A stretch of DNA of 64,000 nucleotides from the human T2T-CHM13v2.0 reference genome, Homo sapiens. Under the pieces are notes generated by a model that was not told the DNA's origin, made no database searches, and was given only the letters and a program-made list of their open reading frames with translations. The stretch is from assembly GCF_009914755.1 (NCBI RefSeq), contig NC_060935.1; one strand, 5' to 3'. Each line of letters opens with the position of its first letter. The first letter of the stretch is position 1. Below, in pieces: positions 20,018-52,390 of this stretch. The position numbers were made by a program, and so were the translations under genes.

Positions 20018-22181
20018 TCATCCAGCTCAAAATGTCAGATTGCGTTATCTTGATTGGTGAAGTTAATTCTTTTTTAGCTATCAGTAGAAATGAGAGCTGA
20101 CGAACTAAGTTGAGAAATAAAGAAAATGACATATTTCCTCACTTGAGTCTATGACTTGAAATTGTAAACAAGCATGCTGCACAAGTAAAGGTCGGAAAGG
20201 TGGCTTGCTAGGGGAGCCTGATAGCTTCCGAGGACTGACCTGATTTCCTGTGATTACTTAGACCATGAAGTCAGCTTGGTCTTGGCCAGCTTGGGGCATG
20301 GTTTGCAAAGGATAATCAAGTATTCGAAAGCAAAAGTCTGCAAATGAGCCAAGATAAAGTGCCACATCAGATAGGGAATTCTAACAGGTGGGGGTAGGTG
20401 GAGGTGGGGTACAGAGGACTGAAGACAGTCATGCCTTGAGCTCCCTTACACAGTGTAGAAAAGTGTGGGTTCTCAGAGCCCCAAGGGATGTTCTAAGCTG
20501 AGCGATGCTGTGAGTGCATGCTGCTATTGATGAAATCGGAGAAAGTAGAACCGATTTGAGAACATGGAAATATTACATCCATTTATCTTTCTCCAGGTGG
20601 GACTCAAACCAGCACTTATTTATGGACGATCCCTCTCAAACGATTTTTAACTTGCAAACCTAAATGCCATTAAAAACTGGGCCCATATGAATGATTCAGA
20701 CTCATCTGGGAGCAGTCTGGGACCAACCATGATTCTCAATACCTTTGAGTTTATCAGTCAATAACGAACCACTTTTTCTTCCAAGAAGCTCATGCCACTA
20801 ACCCCTGTGAATACACAGACCTTTGAGAAAGTGTCTTAATTTGTTCAGCAGCAATAAGAAAAACAAGAAAAGAAAAAGTGTCTGATTACACTCATCTGCT
20901 TAAAATAAATTTTGATGGCATCTGTTTAATACTAATAACTGAGGGGGAAGGCTTCGGGGTTCCTCAGTTGAATTGCACTAGAAACTGAGTTGTACTAGAA
21001 AACCCAGGGCACTCAGAGAAGAATAGGTTTTGTGTACATCTTTGAAGCTATAGACATTTGAGGTCAGTTTTCTGTATCTCAGCCTAATTTACTTGTGCTG
21101 TGGCGCACAGCTAGTAGCTAGTCATGTCAACTACTATGGCTTCTGAAACTTCCAGGGTGTGAAGATATCAGACCGTGTTTGAATTCTGGTTCATCTTTTT
21201 CTAATTGTGTGAACTTGGACAAGGTATTTAACTTCTCTAAGCATGAGCTTCCTCATCTGTAAATCAGGGATAATTTTACAGAAGGAAGTTGTGATGAGAA
21301 ATTAAATAGTGCTTGTCAGATGCATGACACCTGGTACCAGATAAGGGCCCAATAAGTGTTAGCTATTACTGTTATCATTATTTTACTTGTTTTGTATGTA
21401 GGCAAACCTTGCCTTAGGTAAAGTATAATGTATGAAAATCTAGATTTGCATAAAATGTTAAAGGGGGAGATTATTTGCATTACACAAGGATTCTTCAGTT
21501 TATGAAAGAACTGATAACAGGGTTTCTTTTAAACAGTCAACTTCTCAGTATGTCTAAAATGATTTGATTCATACAAAACTTGGCTTATACAATGTTTTAG
21601 GAACACAGCTAGCATACAAAGCACAGGATATCTATAATACAATCATTCAGGCCAGGTCTGAGCCACTGTGACAAGTTAACAATTACACTCCTGGGTATTC
21701 TCCACGCCCCTTTATAAAGGGATTAGATGGATTCTCTGTGGGTTCAACAGGCAGATCTGGGACCAATGGGTGGAAGACATGGGGCAGAGAAAGGGAGTAG
21801 ACTTTAGCTTGATATAATGAAAAACTCTCTACAAAACCACTGCTGCCCAAAGCTGGAATGGGTTGCCTCTGAGGCGGCAAATTTCCCAACACGAGATATT
21901 CAAGTAAAAGCTAGATACCAACTTGTTATGACTGTTAGAATGATTACTGCATGAAATAGAGAGGTGAAGTACGTCAGTGTTTCCCAACCCTAAACACACT
22001 AAATACACTATGTAAACTGGACCAACACTCTACCTTGGATACCAGAAAGAGGTTGAGGAAGGAGGTAGAGAGAAGCTAATCAGGAGAAGAGGTGGGGATA
22101 AAGGAAATGAGTTGAAAAAAATATTGCTTCTCTGGCTGGGAAATACTAGATTAAATGACCTTTAAGATTTCTTCTAATTTA

Positions 22182-24333
<2,152 letters not shown>

Positions 24334-25368
24334 CTATCTAGGCAGAGGAAAAATTGGACAATAATAGGAAAGGAATGAAATCTCCTGGGCTGGCCCAGCA
24401 CCTGCTACTGGTGGATGAGAAATCAGACTTTGTGCAAAGGGTGACTTGGCCAGGAAGAACAGGAAGTTAGTCAGTATCATAGTCAGTTATTCAAGGAGAG
24501 GAAGAAAACAGGGAATGGGGGTGAAGAACGAAATACTCGAGTTATATAAACTTTGGTACTGTCCCAGGAAAAGAATCTCTCTTTTCCCCTAAGTCTTAGA
24601 AAGGGGAAGAACAGATGCTGTAGTCCAAGAATTGCACAAAAGTCAGCACCATTATGGCCTCTAGTTGCCCCCATTAGCCCAATAATATTCCTCTGCTAGA
24701 ACATCCCTGTCTGACCCCTGATAAGAAAGCAGAGGGAGGTGAGTGGTGAAGCTGCCCCAGATTCTGTGCTCCAGGTGGAGAAGGCCTCAAGAAGGTGAAG
24801 GGATGAGCTAATCTGAGCCTCATGGCCCCATTTCCAAGGATGTGATTAGTGGAGAGTCACCTGGGACCTGCTCCATTTCAGGAAACCCGGTTATGGGAAC
24901 TGGTATGGGACAGACTTTGCTCAGGACCCGAGAGAAGCAGTTAACCCTTTCCTACTGTCTGGATGGGAAACAGCTTAATAGTTGCTTGGTTCTTTCCCAG
25001 GGGAGGGAGTCTTCAAATGGACTTCCTTTTGCATCAGCTTGGAAAGGCGGACCTCAAGGATATTTTCTACTTAAGTTCCTAGGGTCAGCCTCTTTAGGGC
25101 ATTTGAAAGCTCTAGGGGAGCCTAAGAAACAAGGTGGGGCCTTAAGAAGTGTCTAGGAGACACAGAGAGGGCACATTCAAAAGGAAAGCTCAACAGTCCC
25201 TAAAATGTCATTGTTCATCTGGCAGCACTCCCTAGGATGTTCTGGTTCCACTCAAACCCTTGAGTTTGGGTCAGAATCAGTCTTGGGCTCTTCTTATAGG
25301 GGGGCAGGGAGTGTGTCTCAGACAGAGGGTTTCTTTTTGGAATAAACAAGATATCCAAAGTAGACATG

Positions 25369-25737
25369 TGATATGGTTTGGCTGTGTGACCATCCAAATC
25401 TCATCTTGAAGTGTAGTTCCCATAATCCCCATGTGTCATGGGAGGGACCAGGCGGAGATAATTCAATCATGGGGGCAGTTTCCCTCATCCTGTTCTTCTG
25501 ATAGTGAATTAGTTCTCAAGAGATCTGATGGTTTTATAAGGGGCTTCCCCCTTCACTGGGCACTCATTCTTCCCCTTCCTGCTGCCATGTGAAGAAGTAT
25601 CTGTTTACTTCCCCTTCTGCCATGATTCTAAGTTTCCTGAGGCCTCCCTAGCCATGATGAACAATGAGTCAATTAAAACTCTTTCCTTTATAAATTACCC
25701 AGTGTCGGGTATGTCTTCATGAGAATGAACTAATACA
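25369..25737 (+). mobile_element. Solo MaLR LTR (THE1/MSTA type)
   Basis: tgatatggtttggctgtgt ... attaaa ... ctaataca termini; 5-bp TSD ACATG. Confidence 0.92.
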
Positions 25738-26079
25738 ACATGAAACAGTAATATAAATTCTGAGGTGGGTGCAGAAATGGAAGCAGAATCAATATGTCAC
25801 CCAGTCTAAGGACTGGAAATAACTGGCTCCCTACAGACACTGCCAATAAATGAGACCTGGAAGGCCAGGGCTGAAAATATCGAGAGCCATACTCAAAGCC
25901 TCCTTGGTTGGCCTAGTTAACTAAGGTGACCTTAACCAAGGGCAGGTCATTTAGTTTCTTTGGGCTTCAAATTTCTTCATCTTAATAGATAACTGATAAT
26001 TTCCAAAGTCCCTTCTGGCTCTAACATTCTAGTGTTCTGAGGATGAGGTCTGAGCAAAAAACCGTTTTTAAAATTTTAA

Positions 26080-28434
<2,355 letters not shown>

Positions 28435-28991
28435 TAGTAATTTTTTAGTATATGTCCCAAAAATTGCCGAGATATGTGTATGGTTATAAAAAAAATTCGC
28501 TGTCTATATGAAATTCAATTTTAATTGGCCGTCTTTTTCTTTGCTAAGTCTGGGACCCAGGGCTTGGCCTGGGGCAGCCCCCGCCGCAGACAAGGCTGTT
28601 GGAGGGGTCACGAACCCGCTTGGTAGCCCCGCGCCGTTACCGTCGCCCCTCCCGGCCGAGGGAAGGGTCCTGGAAAGCGCGAAGGGCGGCCAAAGCCCGG
28701 ATTAGGGCCAAGGGCCGCATCTCGCCGCCACCGTGGGAAACTATCTTTGAGAGGAGGGAGGAGTCGTGGCCTGGCCTCATTCCCGCTCACCTCCAGCCTT
28801 GGCCGCCTCTCGCGGGCTCTTCCCCGCCCCGAACCTCCCACCTGCGGGCCCACTGGCACCCGCGGCGCTCAGAGGCTCTAGGTGGCTCCCGGCGGCGGTT
28901 CGCGGTCTCGGGGCCCTGCAGCGTCGAGTGCGCAGGCGCGGCGGGCAGGTGGGCGGGGCGTGCGCGGGCGCAGGCGCGCGCGCGGGAAGGG

Positions 28992-29168
28992 ATGGGCTCG
29001 CGCTGCCGGGCGTGGGCGTGGACTCGGGCGTGGGCACTGGCGGAGTTCCAAGCCCGGGCTGAGGAGGGGGCGGCGGCGGCGGCGGCGGCGGCGGGCGGGT
29101 ACCCTTCGACTGGGCGTTGCCGCTGTTCCCTGCGCGGCATGGAGGGGACGGCCGTGGCCGTGTTCGAG
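28992..29168 (+). CDS. TOP6BL: TOP6BL (C11orf80) exon 1; in-frame ATGs at 28992 and 29139
   Basis: MGSRCRAW...AAAAAAAA...LRG-MEGTAVAVFE; donor GAG|gtgatg, phase 0; joins ILRFLIIHW in exon 2. Confidence 0.9.
29070..29093 (+). repeat. (GCG)8 repeat, the FRA11A folate-sensitive fragile-site repeat
   Basis: Eight uninterrupted GCG; FRA11A is known to map to a CGG repeat at the 5' end of C11orf80. Confidence 0.88.
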
Positions 29169-29989
29169 GTGATGCTGGGAAGGGAGAGAAAGCGGAGGAC
29201 ACTTTCTGAGGAGACGGGCTTTGTGAGGAGACCGCGAAGTTTGGGCAGAGGGGTCGGGCGTCGCCTAAGGTGAAGGAGGAAGGTTCGGGAATCGAGGCCC
29301 GTCTCCCACGGGGAAGCGAGGAAGTAGGAGCAGATGAGGGCTCTCGCTCGCGGGGTACTCTGTGGGGGAACGACGCCCTCTCTCCAGCCTACGGCTCAGA
29401 AAGCTGCGGCGTTTGCCGAGCACCGGCGGACACCCAGGGGCAGAGCCTGACGCAGCCTCGGAGGTGCCTGCCGGAGCCCAGCGCCTTCCATGCACCGGGT
29501 GCTGGGAGGGGGCGCGGAAAGAAGGAAAGGAATGGGGCAAGCCCTGGCGTTGCGGGGCGGGGGGGGGGGGAGTCGGGGCGCCAGGACAGAGGCAAGGAGG
29601 GACCCAGTGCAGACTGGGAGCGAGGGAGAGTTTTTTTAGGCCCCGGTGCAGGTGCAGGTTTCTGGGTTCGAAGCAGCTGGACGTGGAAGGGCGAGGTTCA
29701 GAGGCCACACCTGTGCTCGGGGAGCTGCTCTGGAAGACGGCACTGAGCGCCTGGCGCCGGCCACGCCCCGTGTGCTCATTTCATTACCCACTTTCACGGC
29801 CGGTGCCCAATGGGACGTTGAGCTGCTGTTTGTGAGGGGTACTGGGCAGGTGACAGAAGCACAGGCTCTGAGGGCACCTGAGAGAGTACCCCCGGGCGTC
29901 CTGCCTGTTTGTTGTCATCAAAGAAGGCGGCGGGATTCCATTTTACAAATAACCGAACCTAGGCTAGAACCCAGGGCGCTGACTCATAG

Positions 29990-32172
<2,183 letters not shown>

Positions 32173-32632
32173 AGCATTAGCACTCTTAAATAGTATTCTG
32201 ACCCTCAAAAGTGTTGATTTAATGAAAGATCAAGATGATTCATAACCAGATGCCACTCTTATTCATAGTCTTCATGTTGGCTTTTATTTGGGGCAGGAAA
32301 AAAGAAACAAGAAAAACAAACTCCCACTTAATTTTTCCCTAATTATTATTTCCAGATGAATTTATCTTCTGAATAAAGGAATTTATTGTCTCAATTTCCT
32401 GTCTTACTGGGCATTATGTTGAATTTCACTGACTCTTTTCTTATGTCACTCTCCTAGCTATTTATTTTGTTTAGACACAATACTCTGAACAAACCTAAAT
32501 CTGACATTTTAGAAGCAAGAATACAATTTTTGGGGGGAAATTAGAGTTACTAATTTAACTGGGTCATAGAGATGTATTATTACTGTGATTTCTAAAGAAG
32601 ATTATGTTTTCTTTGAATTGTGCTCTTTTCAG

Positions 32633-32771
32633 ATTTTGAGATTTTTAATAATTCACTGGAAGTGTGACATAGATGTATCAAAGGGAGCATTGCTAGAAGG
32701 GCAGCTAGTGATTTCCATAGAAGGATTAAATTCTAAGCACCAGGCAAATGCTCTTCATTGTGTAACAACTA
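32633..32771 (+). CDS. TOP6BL: TOP6BL exon 2
   Basis: ctcttttcag| acceptor, A|gtaagt donor; 139 nt; [46 protein letters not shown]. Confidence 0.93.
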
Positions 32772-33303
32772 GTAAGTAGAGAAAGAAAAAATATTTTCTA
32801 TCTCTTTTGTCATGGTTTATGTCGTAGCTTATTTAAAAATTTCAATTAGAATCTTTTATCATGTTATTCCAGGATTGTTCCATAATTATAAAATGAAATG
32901 ATTATGTAATAAGTGTCTGGTGGTAGATTTACAAATGTATCATACAGGAAAGGTGAGTAGTTGAATGACTCTTACCATAGATTATTTATTTTACTGGTTT
33001 AAGTTAAAATTGCTCAGAAACAATCTTATTTTTCTCTTGATTTTAATCTACTTTGTCACAGCTAAATTATATTACATTGAGCTTTACCTACTTTTTTTTT
33101 CCCAAGTCTAAATTTTGGCAGTAGCAAAAAAAAAAAAAAAAAAGGAAAAATGATGAATGGTGCATACTGTGATTAGTTTGAAAATATCTCTTCCATTTGG
33201 CTTTCATGCTTTTATCATTTTTGCCTGTTGTCTTTGAGGGAAACCTGATGCAGTGAGTGGCTCTGAAGCATGAATTTTCTTAAACTTGAAGTGTTAGCTT
33301 TTT

Positions 33304-33331
33304 GTGTGTGTGTGTGTGGTGTGTGTGTGTG
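33304..33331. repeat. Interrupted (TG)n microsatellite
   Basis: tgtgtg...ggtgtgtg. Confidence 0.9.
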
Positions 33332-33819
33332 TAGGTTTATTGAAGGGTACTTTGGATTGAAGTTGCCCCTTCAGGCTTAGAGAAGTCACTTGGGCACCAA
33401 GTTGAGATTGGATAGTGAACTAGGCTTTACAAGACATTTGCTTACCTGAACAGGAATGACCTGTCTTGTCTTTGTGTATTAATATTAAACATCTTCAAGA
33501 GCAGTATGACAGGTTGGTTTGCTCTTACTCTGCATGAACTGCACTCTGACTGGCAGGGTTCCCACCACTCTTGAGAGAAATGCTTGGCTACGTGTCTAGG
33601 GTGATGGTTGGTCTGTGTGTGGTTGTAATAGTCTAATCCAATAAACTCTGGCCAGGGTAGCAAGGTTGATTTAATTCAAAGCAAAGGACTTTAGCCACAG
33701 TAGTTTTTGGCAAGAAACTCGATTCTGCATTTTGAGCCTGATGAACTTCTTTAGCCCACCTAGAATAGGGGGCATTTCTCTTCTCTTTATTGTCTCTGAG
33801 CTTTAAGTAATTATGGTTA

Positions 33820-39675
<5,856 letters not shown>

Positions 39676-39864
39676 GTAGTGTCTAGATTTTTATTACAAT
39701 CATGTTTGTCTCTTGTTTTCCATCCTTGTGGGTTTGTGCCCTTATAAATCTCTTTTCTATTATTTTATTGAGGTTTCAGGAGGGAATGAAAATAAACGTG
39801 TGTGTTCAATCGGCTGTCTTTACCTGGAAGTGTGCAGTGGTATCTTTTAAATTTGGTTTGAAAT

Positions 39865-40290
39865 CTCTGCTCTCTAGGGCTGCTGTAACAAAGTACCACA
39901 AACTGGATGGCTTGAAACAAAATATATTTATTTTCTCACAGTTCTGGAGGCTAGAAGTCCAAAATCAAGGTCTTGGTATGGTTGGTTTGCTCTGGAGACT
40001 CAGAAATCTGTTCCATGCCTCTCTCCTAGCTTCTGGTGATTGCTGACAATCCTTGGTATTTCTTAGATTGTAGGTGTATCACTCCCTGCCTTCACATGGC
40101 ATTCTCCTCTGTATTTCTCTCTTTCTTCACATGGCCTTCTTATAAGTACACCAGTCAATGGACTCAGGAACACCCTAATCCAGTATGACCTTGTCTTAAC
40201 TTGCTGGCATCTATTTCCAAATAAGGTCATATACACTGGGGCTAGTACTTAAAACTATCTTTTGGGGGACATAGTTCAACCCACAACAGA
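39865..40290 (-). mobile_element. MLT1-type MaLR LTR
   Basis: agggctgctgtaacaaagtaccacaaactgg ... ttcaacccacaaca. Confidence 0.85.
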
Positions 40291-40542
40291 CTAGCAAATT
40301 TGATATCTGAGATGATTCATCTATCAGAAGCCAAGAGATAATTAGTTTTTTCCATCAGTAATTATTGAAGGCTTTAACAAATATGATTTTCATGATGTTT
40401 CCCAAAATGTATGCCACAGAATATTTATATGAGTTATAAGAAAGGAGTTATGTAGTCATTTAAATTTGGGAAATGTTAGTTAAAATAAGTTTTTAAACTA
40501 TAGGTCTGTTCAGGACCTCTCATGTGCCAGTGTGGACTATGA

Positions 40543-40902
<360 letters not shown>

Positions 40903-41714
40903 TAAAGCAAGCATTCCCCCAAATCCCCTCTATAGAACAGAAGATTATCTTTTTAAAACAATGTAAACAAAATTTTTTTCTGAGATGGGGTCTTGCTCTG
41001 TGTTGCCAAGGGTGGAGTGCAGTGGTGCCATCACGGCTCACTACAACCTCTGTTTCCTGGGCTCAGCTGATCTTCCCACCTCAGCCTCCTGAATAGCTGG
41101 ACTACAGGTGTGTGCCATCATGACCTGCTAATTTTTGTATTTTTTGTGGAGATGGGGTTTTGTGATATTACCCAGGCTGGTCTTGAATTCCTGAGCTCAA
41201 AATATCTACCCACCTCAGCCTCCCAAAGTGCTGGGATTACAGGTGTGAACCACCATGCCTGGCCATAAGATGGTCTTTATAAAGGGTGGAGGCGGCGGTG
41301 GGGGGTGGGGGCGGGTGCAGGCACTGTGGCTCATACCTGTAATCCCAGCACTTTGGGAGGCTGAGGCGGGTGGATTGCTTGAGGTCAGGAGTTCGAGACC
41401 AGCCCGCCCAACATAGTGAAACTTCGTCTCTACTAAAAATACAAAAATTAGTCGGGCGCGGTGGCGTATGTCTATAATCCCAGCTACCCAGGAGGCTGAG
41501 GCAGGAGAATTGCATGAACCTGGGATGTGGAGGTTGCAGTGAGCCGAGATTGTGCCACTTCACTCCAGCCTGGGCGACAGACTCTGTCTCAGTGAAAAAT
41601 AAAATAAAATAATAATGAAAAAGACTATCTGTTGTTAAATGTTCTGTGCTGCTTGGGCTTAGGCCTTTGGAAGTGTGTATCATTTATCCAGAATCACTTA
41701 AAATCTGGAAATCT

Positions 41715-42216
<502 letters not shown>

Positions 42217-42517
42217 GTTTACAGAATGATGTTGCCTCTCACTCTAGTTCCGTGATTCTCAACCTTATTTCCCTGTCTGAAAGATGCACATTTTCTGAGG
42301 GATAGATATATTTCTATTGGTTCCTATGGCAATGATTCTTAGATTCTGAACTATGAGGTCATGTTTCTCTGGGGAAGGGCATATTCAATTTGAAAATAAA
42401 AAGCCTCTAGGTAGTTCTGATCTTTTTGTCCCCTCGTTGGTGCCTGCTTCCTTATTCACTGTCTACCCTGAATAATTATTGCTCTAAAATTTCTAATATT
42501 TATAGTTAGAACTCTAG

Positions 42518-42877
<360 letters not shown>

Positions 42878-43305
42878 GTATTTTCTATTTAAGGGTAAAA
42901 TTGGTTAGAAGAAGAGCCAAAGTTTGAATTGACTCGTATATTAGGATATGAGTTATTGACACGATATATTCTGATTACTAGCTGCAATTTGCAGTCTTCA
43001 CATAATCTTTTTCTGTCAAGTAGAGTATCATCCAAAGAGGCAGTCCTGGTGTTGATTGTGGGTGGATGTTGAATATAGGTGAAAATACTTGCTATTCGGT
43101 TATCTCTAAGAAGTTATTTTTCCTCAAAACAGTCATTGTACCATTATAGTATTTCTTTGATGTTTCCATTTTTACCAAACTCATTAGTAGTGGTCACTTT
43201 TTAAATGTTCTGTGTCTGTAAGCAGTTTTTTAGACTCTCATTTGATTCTTTCAATAGAATGCATTTACTTATTTGTGATATTTCTTTGTATTCTGTTTCT
43301 TACAG

Positions 43306-43359
43306 TTGCTTCTGCAGGAAGCCTTTTTGGTGGCATGGTCCTCAAGAAGTTCCTAAAAG
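43306..43359 (+). CDS. TOP6BL: TOP6BL exon 3
   Basis: tttcttacag| acceptor, AAG|gtaaag donor; 54 nt, phase 1-1; (I)ASAGSLFGGMVLKKFLK; the next exon was not found in the window. Confidence 0.9.
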
Positions 43360-43763
43360 GTAAAGAATTACCTAACTTCCATGAGACTGAATATCTTCCC
43401 GACAATTAATTTGATATTTTCTGAAACAAATTTATAATGAAAGAAAGAGCTGACAGATTTATAAATAAAAATACAGGATGCCCACTTAAATTTGAATTTC
43501 AGATAAATAATAATTTTTTTAACATAAGTATGTCTCATGCAGTACTTTATCCTACATTTTATCTGGCTTCTGATTAAAAGATGATCTATTAATATAAAAC
43601 TGTATAGAATTGACAAGATACCTAGATCACTGTAGCTTTTCTGTATACTCTGTATACAACTTTAGGCAAAATTTTCCCAGATGTAAAATAAAAATTTTAG
43701 TAGGTATTTGTTTCTATCTACTTCAAAGAAATAATGTGTGGAGAATGCTTTTACTGTAAATGA

Positions 43764-44125
<362 letters not shown>

Positions 44126-44888
44126 TGAGCCACCATGCCTGGCAGAATTTCTTTTTATTTTTTTGGACTTAAGAATACTCTACAAGCCAAAGGCCATAAC
44201 ATTTATTTTAAGGAAGCCAAAATGACCTTAGAACTCTTACGCTTTCATTTTTATTTCTTATGGTTGTTTGCTACATAAGTATTATCCATTGGCCTATTTT
44301 TTCCTAATGAATTGTTAATTTACAAATTTTACAAAATAACTTTTAAAAATAAACTTTCCCAGACTAAATCTGGAATATTAATAGATTTTTAAAAGCTTAT
44401 ATCTGTCCTTGCTTTAAGAAAATATACTGTAGCCAGGCCCAGTGGCTCATGCCTGTAATCCCAGCACTTTGGGAGGCCAAGGCAGGCAGATTACCTAGGT
44501 CAGGAGTTCAAGACTGGTCAACATGGTGAATCCCCATCTCTACTAAAAATACAAAAATTAGCCAGGCATGGTGGTGCATACCTATCTATAGTCCTAGCTA
44601 CTTGGTGGGGCTGAGGCAGGAGAATCCCTTGAACCCAGGAGGCAGAGGCTGCAGTGAGCCAAGATCATACCATTGCACTCCAGCCTGGGTGACAGAGTGA
44701 GAGACTCTGTCTCAAAAAAAAAAAAAGAAAACATACTGTGTATTAAAATGGCAACAACTGGCCAGGCACAGTGGCTCATGCCTGTAATCCCAGCACTTTA
44801 GGAGGCCAAGGCAGGCGGATTGCTTGATCCAGTAGAACTTTTTGGAGTTCAAGACCAGCCTAGCACCATCACGAGACCCCATCTTTAC

Positions 44889-44919
<31 letters not shown>

Positions 44920-45257
44920 AGCCAGGGAAGGTGGTGCACACCTGTACTCCCAGCTACTTAGGAGACTGAGGTGGGAAGATTGCTTGAGCCTGGGAGGTAA
45001 AGGCTGTAGTAAGCCGTGATCACACACCACTGCACTCCAGCCTGGGTGACAGCAAGACTTGGTCACAAACAAACAAACAAAAAAAGGGAACAACCAAAAA
45101 GCTACATTGGAAAGGTATAATGTTATAAAATAAATGTTTATGAAATGTATTACCATTTTTTAATGACAAATTTTCTTCGTGCTTTGTAAAATGCAAATCA
45201 ATTAAAATTTGAATTTATACCCAAATTTATAGCAACTCAATTATTACTTAAAGCACC

Positions 45258-46715
<1,458 letters not shown>

Positions 46716-46727
46716 ACCCAGAGTACC

Positions 46728-50093
<3,366 letters not shown>

Positions 50094-52183
50094 TAATTAG
50101 TAACAAAAATTACTCAGTGAACCTCACAAAGGAAATTGGTGAAGAATAAGACAGGAATCCCTTAGCTCCCTGGTTTATGCACCATTAATTATGCCTTTTT
50201 TACTATTATTATTTAGAATTTCTGACACTATTAAGCTAATAGCAAACTGCTTTAAATTGGTCCATTTACTGATCTTTACACTGTTTAGTTAGCTTCATCA
50301 GGGAGTCTCTGGCAGCTGGATTCATTACTCATCAGTTTTCTAGATGCTAAAAAATTGTGTATCTATACAAAGTTAATATGTCTGTAAATTCAGTTTAACT
50401 CTGTTGTTTTCTTCATTATTTGGCTGATTTCTCTCAGTGTCTAAAACAAGTGGTCTGACCCTTCTTTAGGGGAGCTGAACTGTTGAAGAACTATCAGCTT
50501 TAGTTTCCTTTACTCTTCAATCTGTTCTACCAGGGTTGTATCAAGGTACTTTTTTCTCTGGATCTGGAATACTTTAGATCAATTCCTGTACCAAATAGGC
50601 TCATATTTCTGTGTATTTTATTTATGCTGGATTAATAAGCAATGACCATTGTAATCTCCCTACTCACCTACTTCTCTACTGGTTTATTTTCTCTTTTTTC
50701 CCCTTTCTTCTCTGGTCCCTAACTATTTATACTTTTATTCAGTAAACTTTTATTGTAACATCTACCTTGCCACAAAGAAGTCACAGGAAGTAGAGGCAGC
50801 TCTGCAAATAAAATGCAGTGTGATTAGTACTGTAATGGAGGTGTAAGTTGAAAGAGCTTCTCTCATAACCCAGAGGATATTCCCCAAAGTTCAGTCACCA
50901 ATGTGCTTTTCTTCCCTTCATTATTCTGCATCATTATTCTACATTCAATTCAGACAGCTTTTCTACTTTCAAGACTTTAACTAACATTAACTATGCTGAT
51001 GAGACTTATTTTTCCCCCTCTTGATCACTGACATGTCTCCTAAACTCCAATGGAATAGCTTTGAATGTCAATTAGACTATTCCATTTGAGAGTTCCTCTG
51101 AAATATCCTGTGTAACATGTCTAACATGGGGTTCAGTTTCTTGAAATGAACTTATTGTGTAATGTCTGCATTCCTTTCAGTGATATTGACATACTCATAA
51201 TTCTCCAGCGTTAAAAATCTTGGTTTTTATGGTGGGGTTTCTCCTTTTTTGTTTCCTCATTATGTAATTGATTTTTCGTTAATTCTGCCTTTATAATATA
51301 AAATTCTTACTAATTTAAACATAGCTTACATTCTTCCCTTAATGATTCCTTATTTATTATTATATTAGGTCTAAGTACTTCAGACCAGAGTTAAGGCCTT
51401 CTCTCAAGAGGATAATCCCCTCTACTTTGCAGAATAATGCCCATTAAGATAGATAAGTTCTTATGTGTTTAAAAAATTGTCACTACATGTTAAATGTGTG
51501 CTACTGTCTGCATTGAATACTTATCTACTTAGGTATAATTCCATTTATATATTCATTTATGTGTATACTTATCCATTTATATAGAACTATTTCTATCATA
51601 AATGTCTTTTAGTGAAACATGATTGTTTCAGTTTGTCCTATTTGCTCAGCTCTGCTTCCTATTATGTCCTTATTCAAGTGAGGAAAGGAAAGTGGATGGA
51701 GGAATATGAAAAAAATCCATGTTTATAGATCTTTATTTTGCTGCTTTTTCCTCTTTCTTCTATTCATATTATTTTTATTTTTGTCTTTTTAAAATAGCTT
51801 CTCATTTCCATGTTTATTGACATAACTTAGCTCTTTATACAGTATGGCCAGTTATTTTAAAAAGATGTGCAAGTGTTTTTCCCAAATAAAATTTACAGCC
51901 TTCTTTTTTCTTCATAAGACTAGATAAGAATACCAGTCCTTGTAAACAGGGAGGACTGCTTTGCTGTTGATATATGGTTACATGGCTATGATAGTTCAGT
52001 TTTTGCCTCTTCCCTATATGCTACCCTTTTGGTGTCAGGGAGACTTTTTTGTTGTTCATTGTTTTGTTTTTTGGAGGCAGGGTCTTGCTCTGTTTCCCAG
52101 GCTGAAGTGCAGTGGCGTGACCACAGCTCATTGCAGCCTTGACCTCTTGGGCTCAAGGGATCCTCCCATTTATAGCCTTCTGA

Positions 52184-52390
<207 letters not shown>

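Larger units (their letters stand above)
28570..29820. promoter_or_regulatory. TOP6BL CpG island, probably a bidirectional promoter
   Basis: CpG-rich; NRF1-type GCGCAGGCGC at 28930-28939 and 28968-28977; GC boxes; E2F-type GCGGGAA; outward-facing donors on both strands. Confidence 0.88.

Noticed and set aside
28599-28991. N-terminal part of the 224-aa ORF upstream of TOP6BL
   Set aside because: Starts at TTG in promoter DNA; the first real ATG is at 28992
29060-29100. Poly-glycine uORF through the GGC repeat (FMR1/NOTCH2NLC-like)
   Set aside because: The Gly frame has a TGA at 29060-29062 just before the repeat, with no start codon after it
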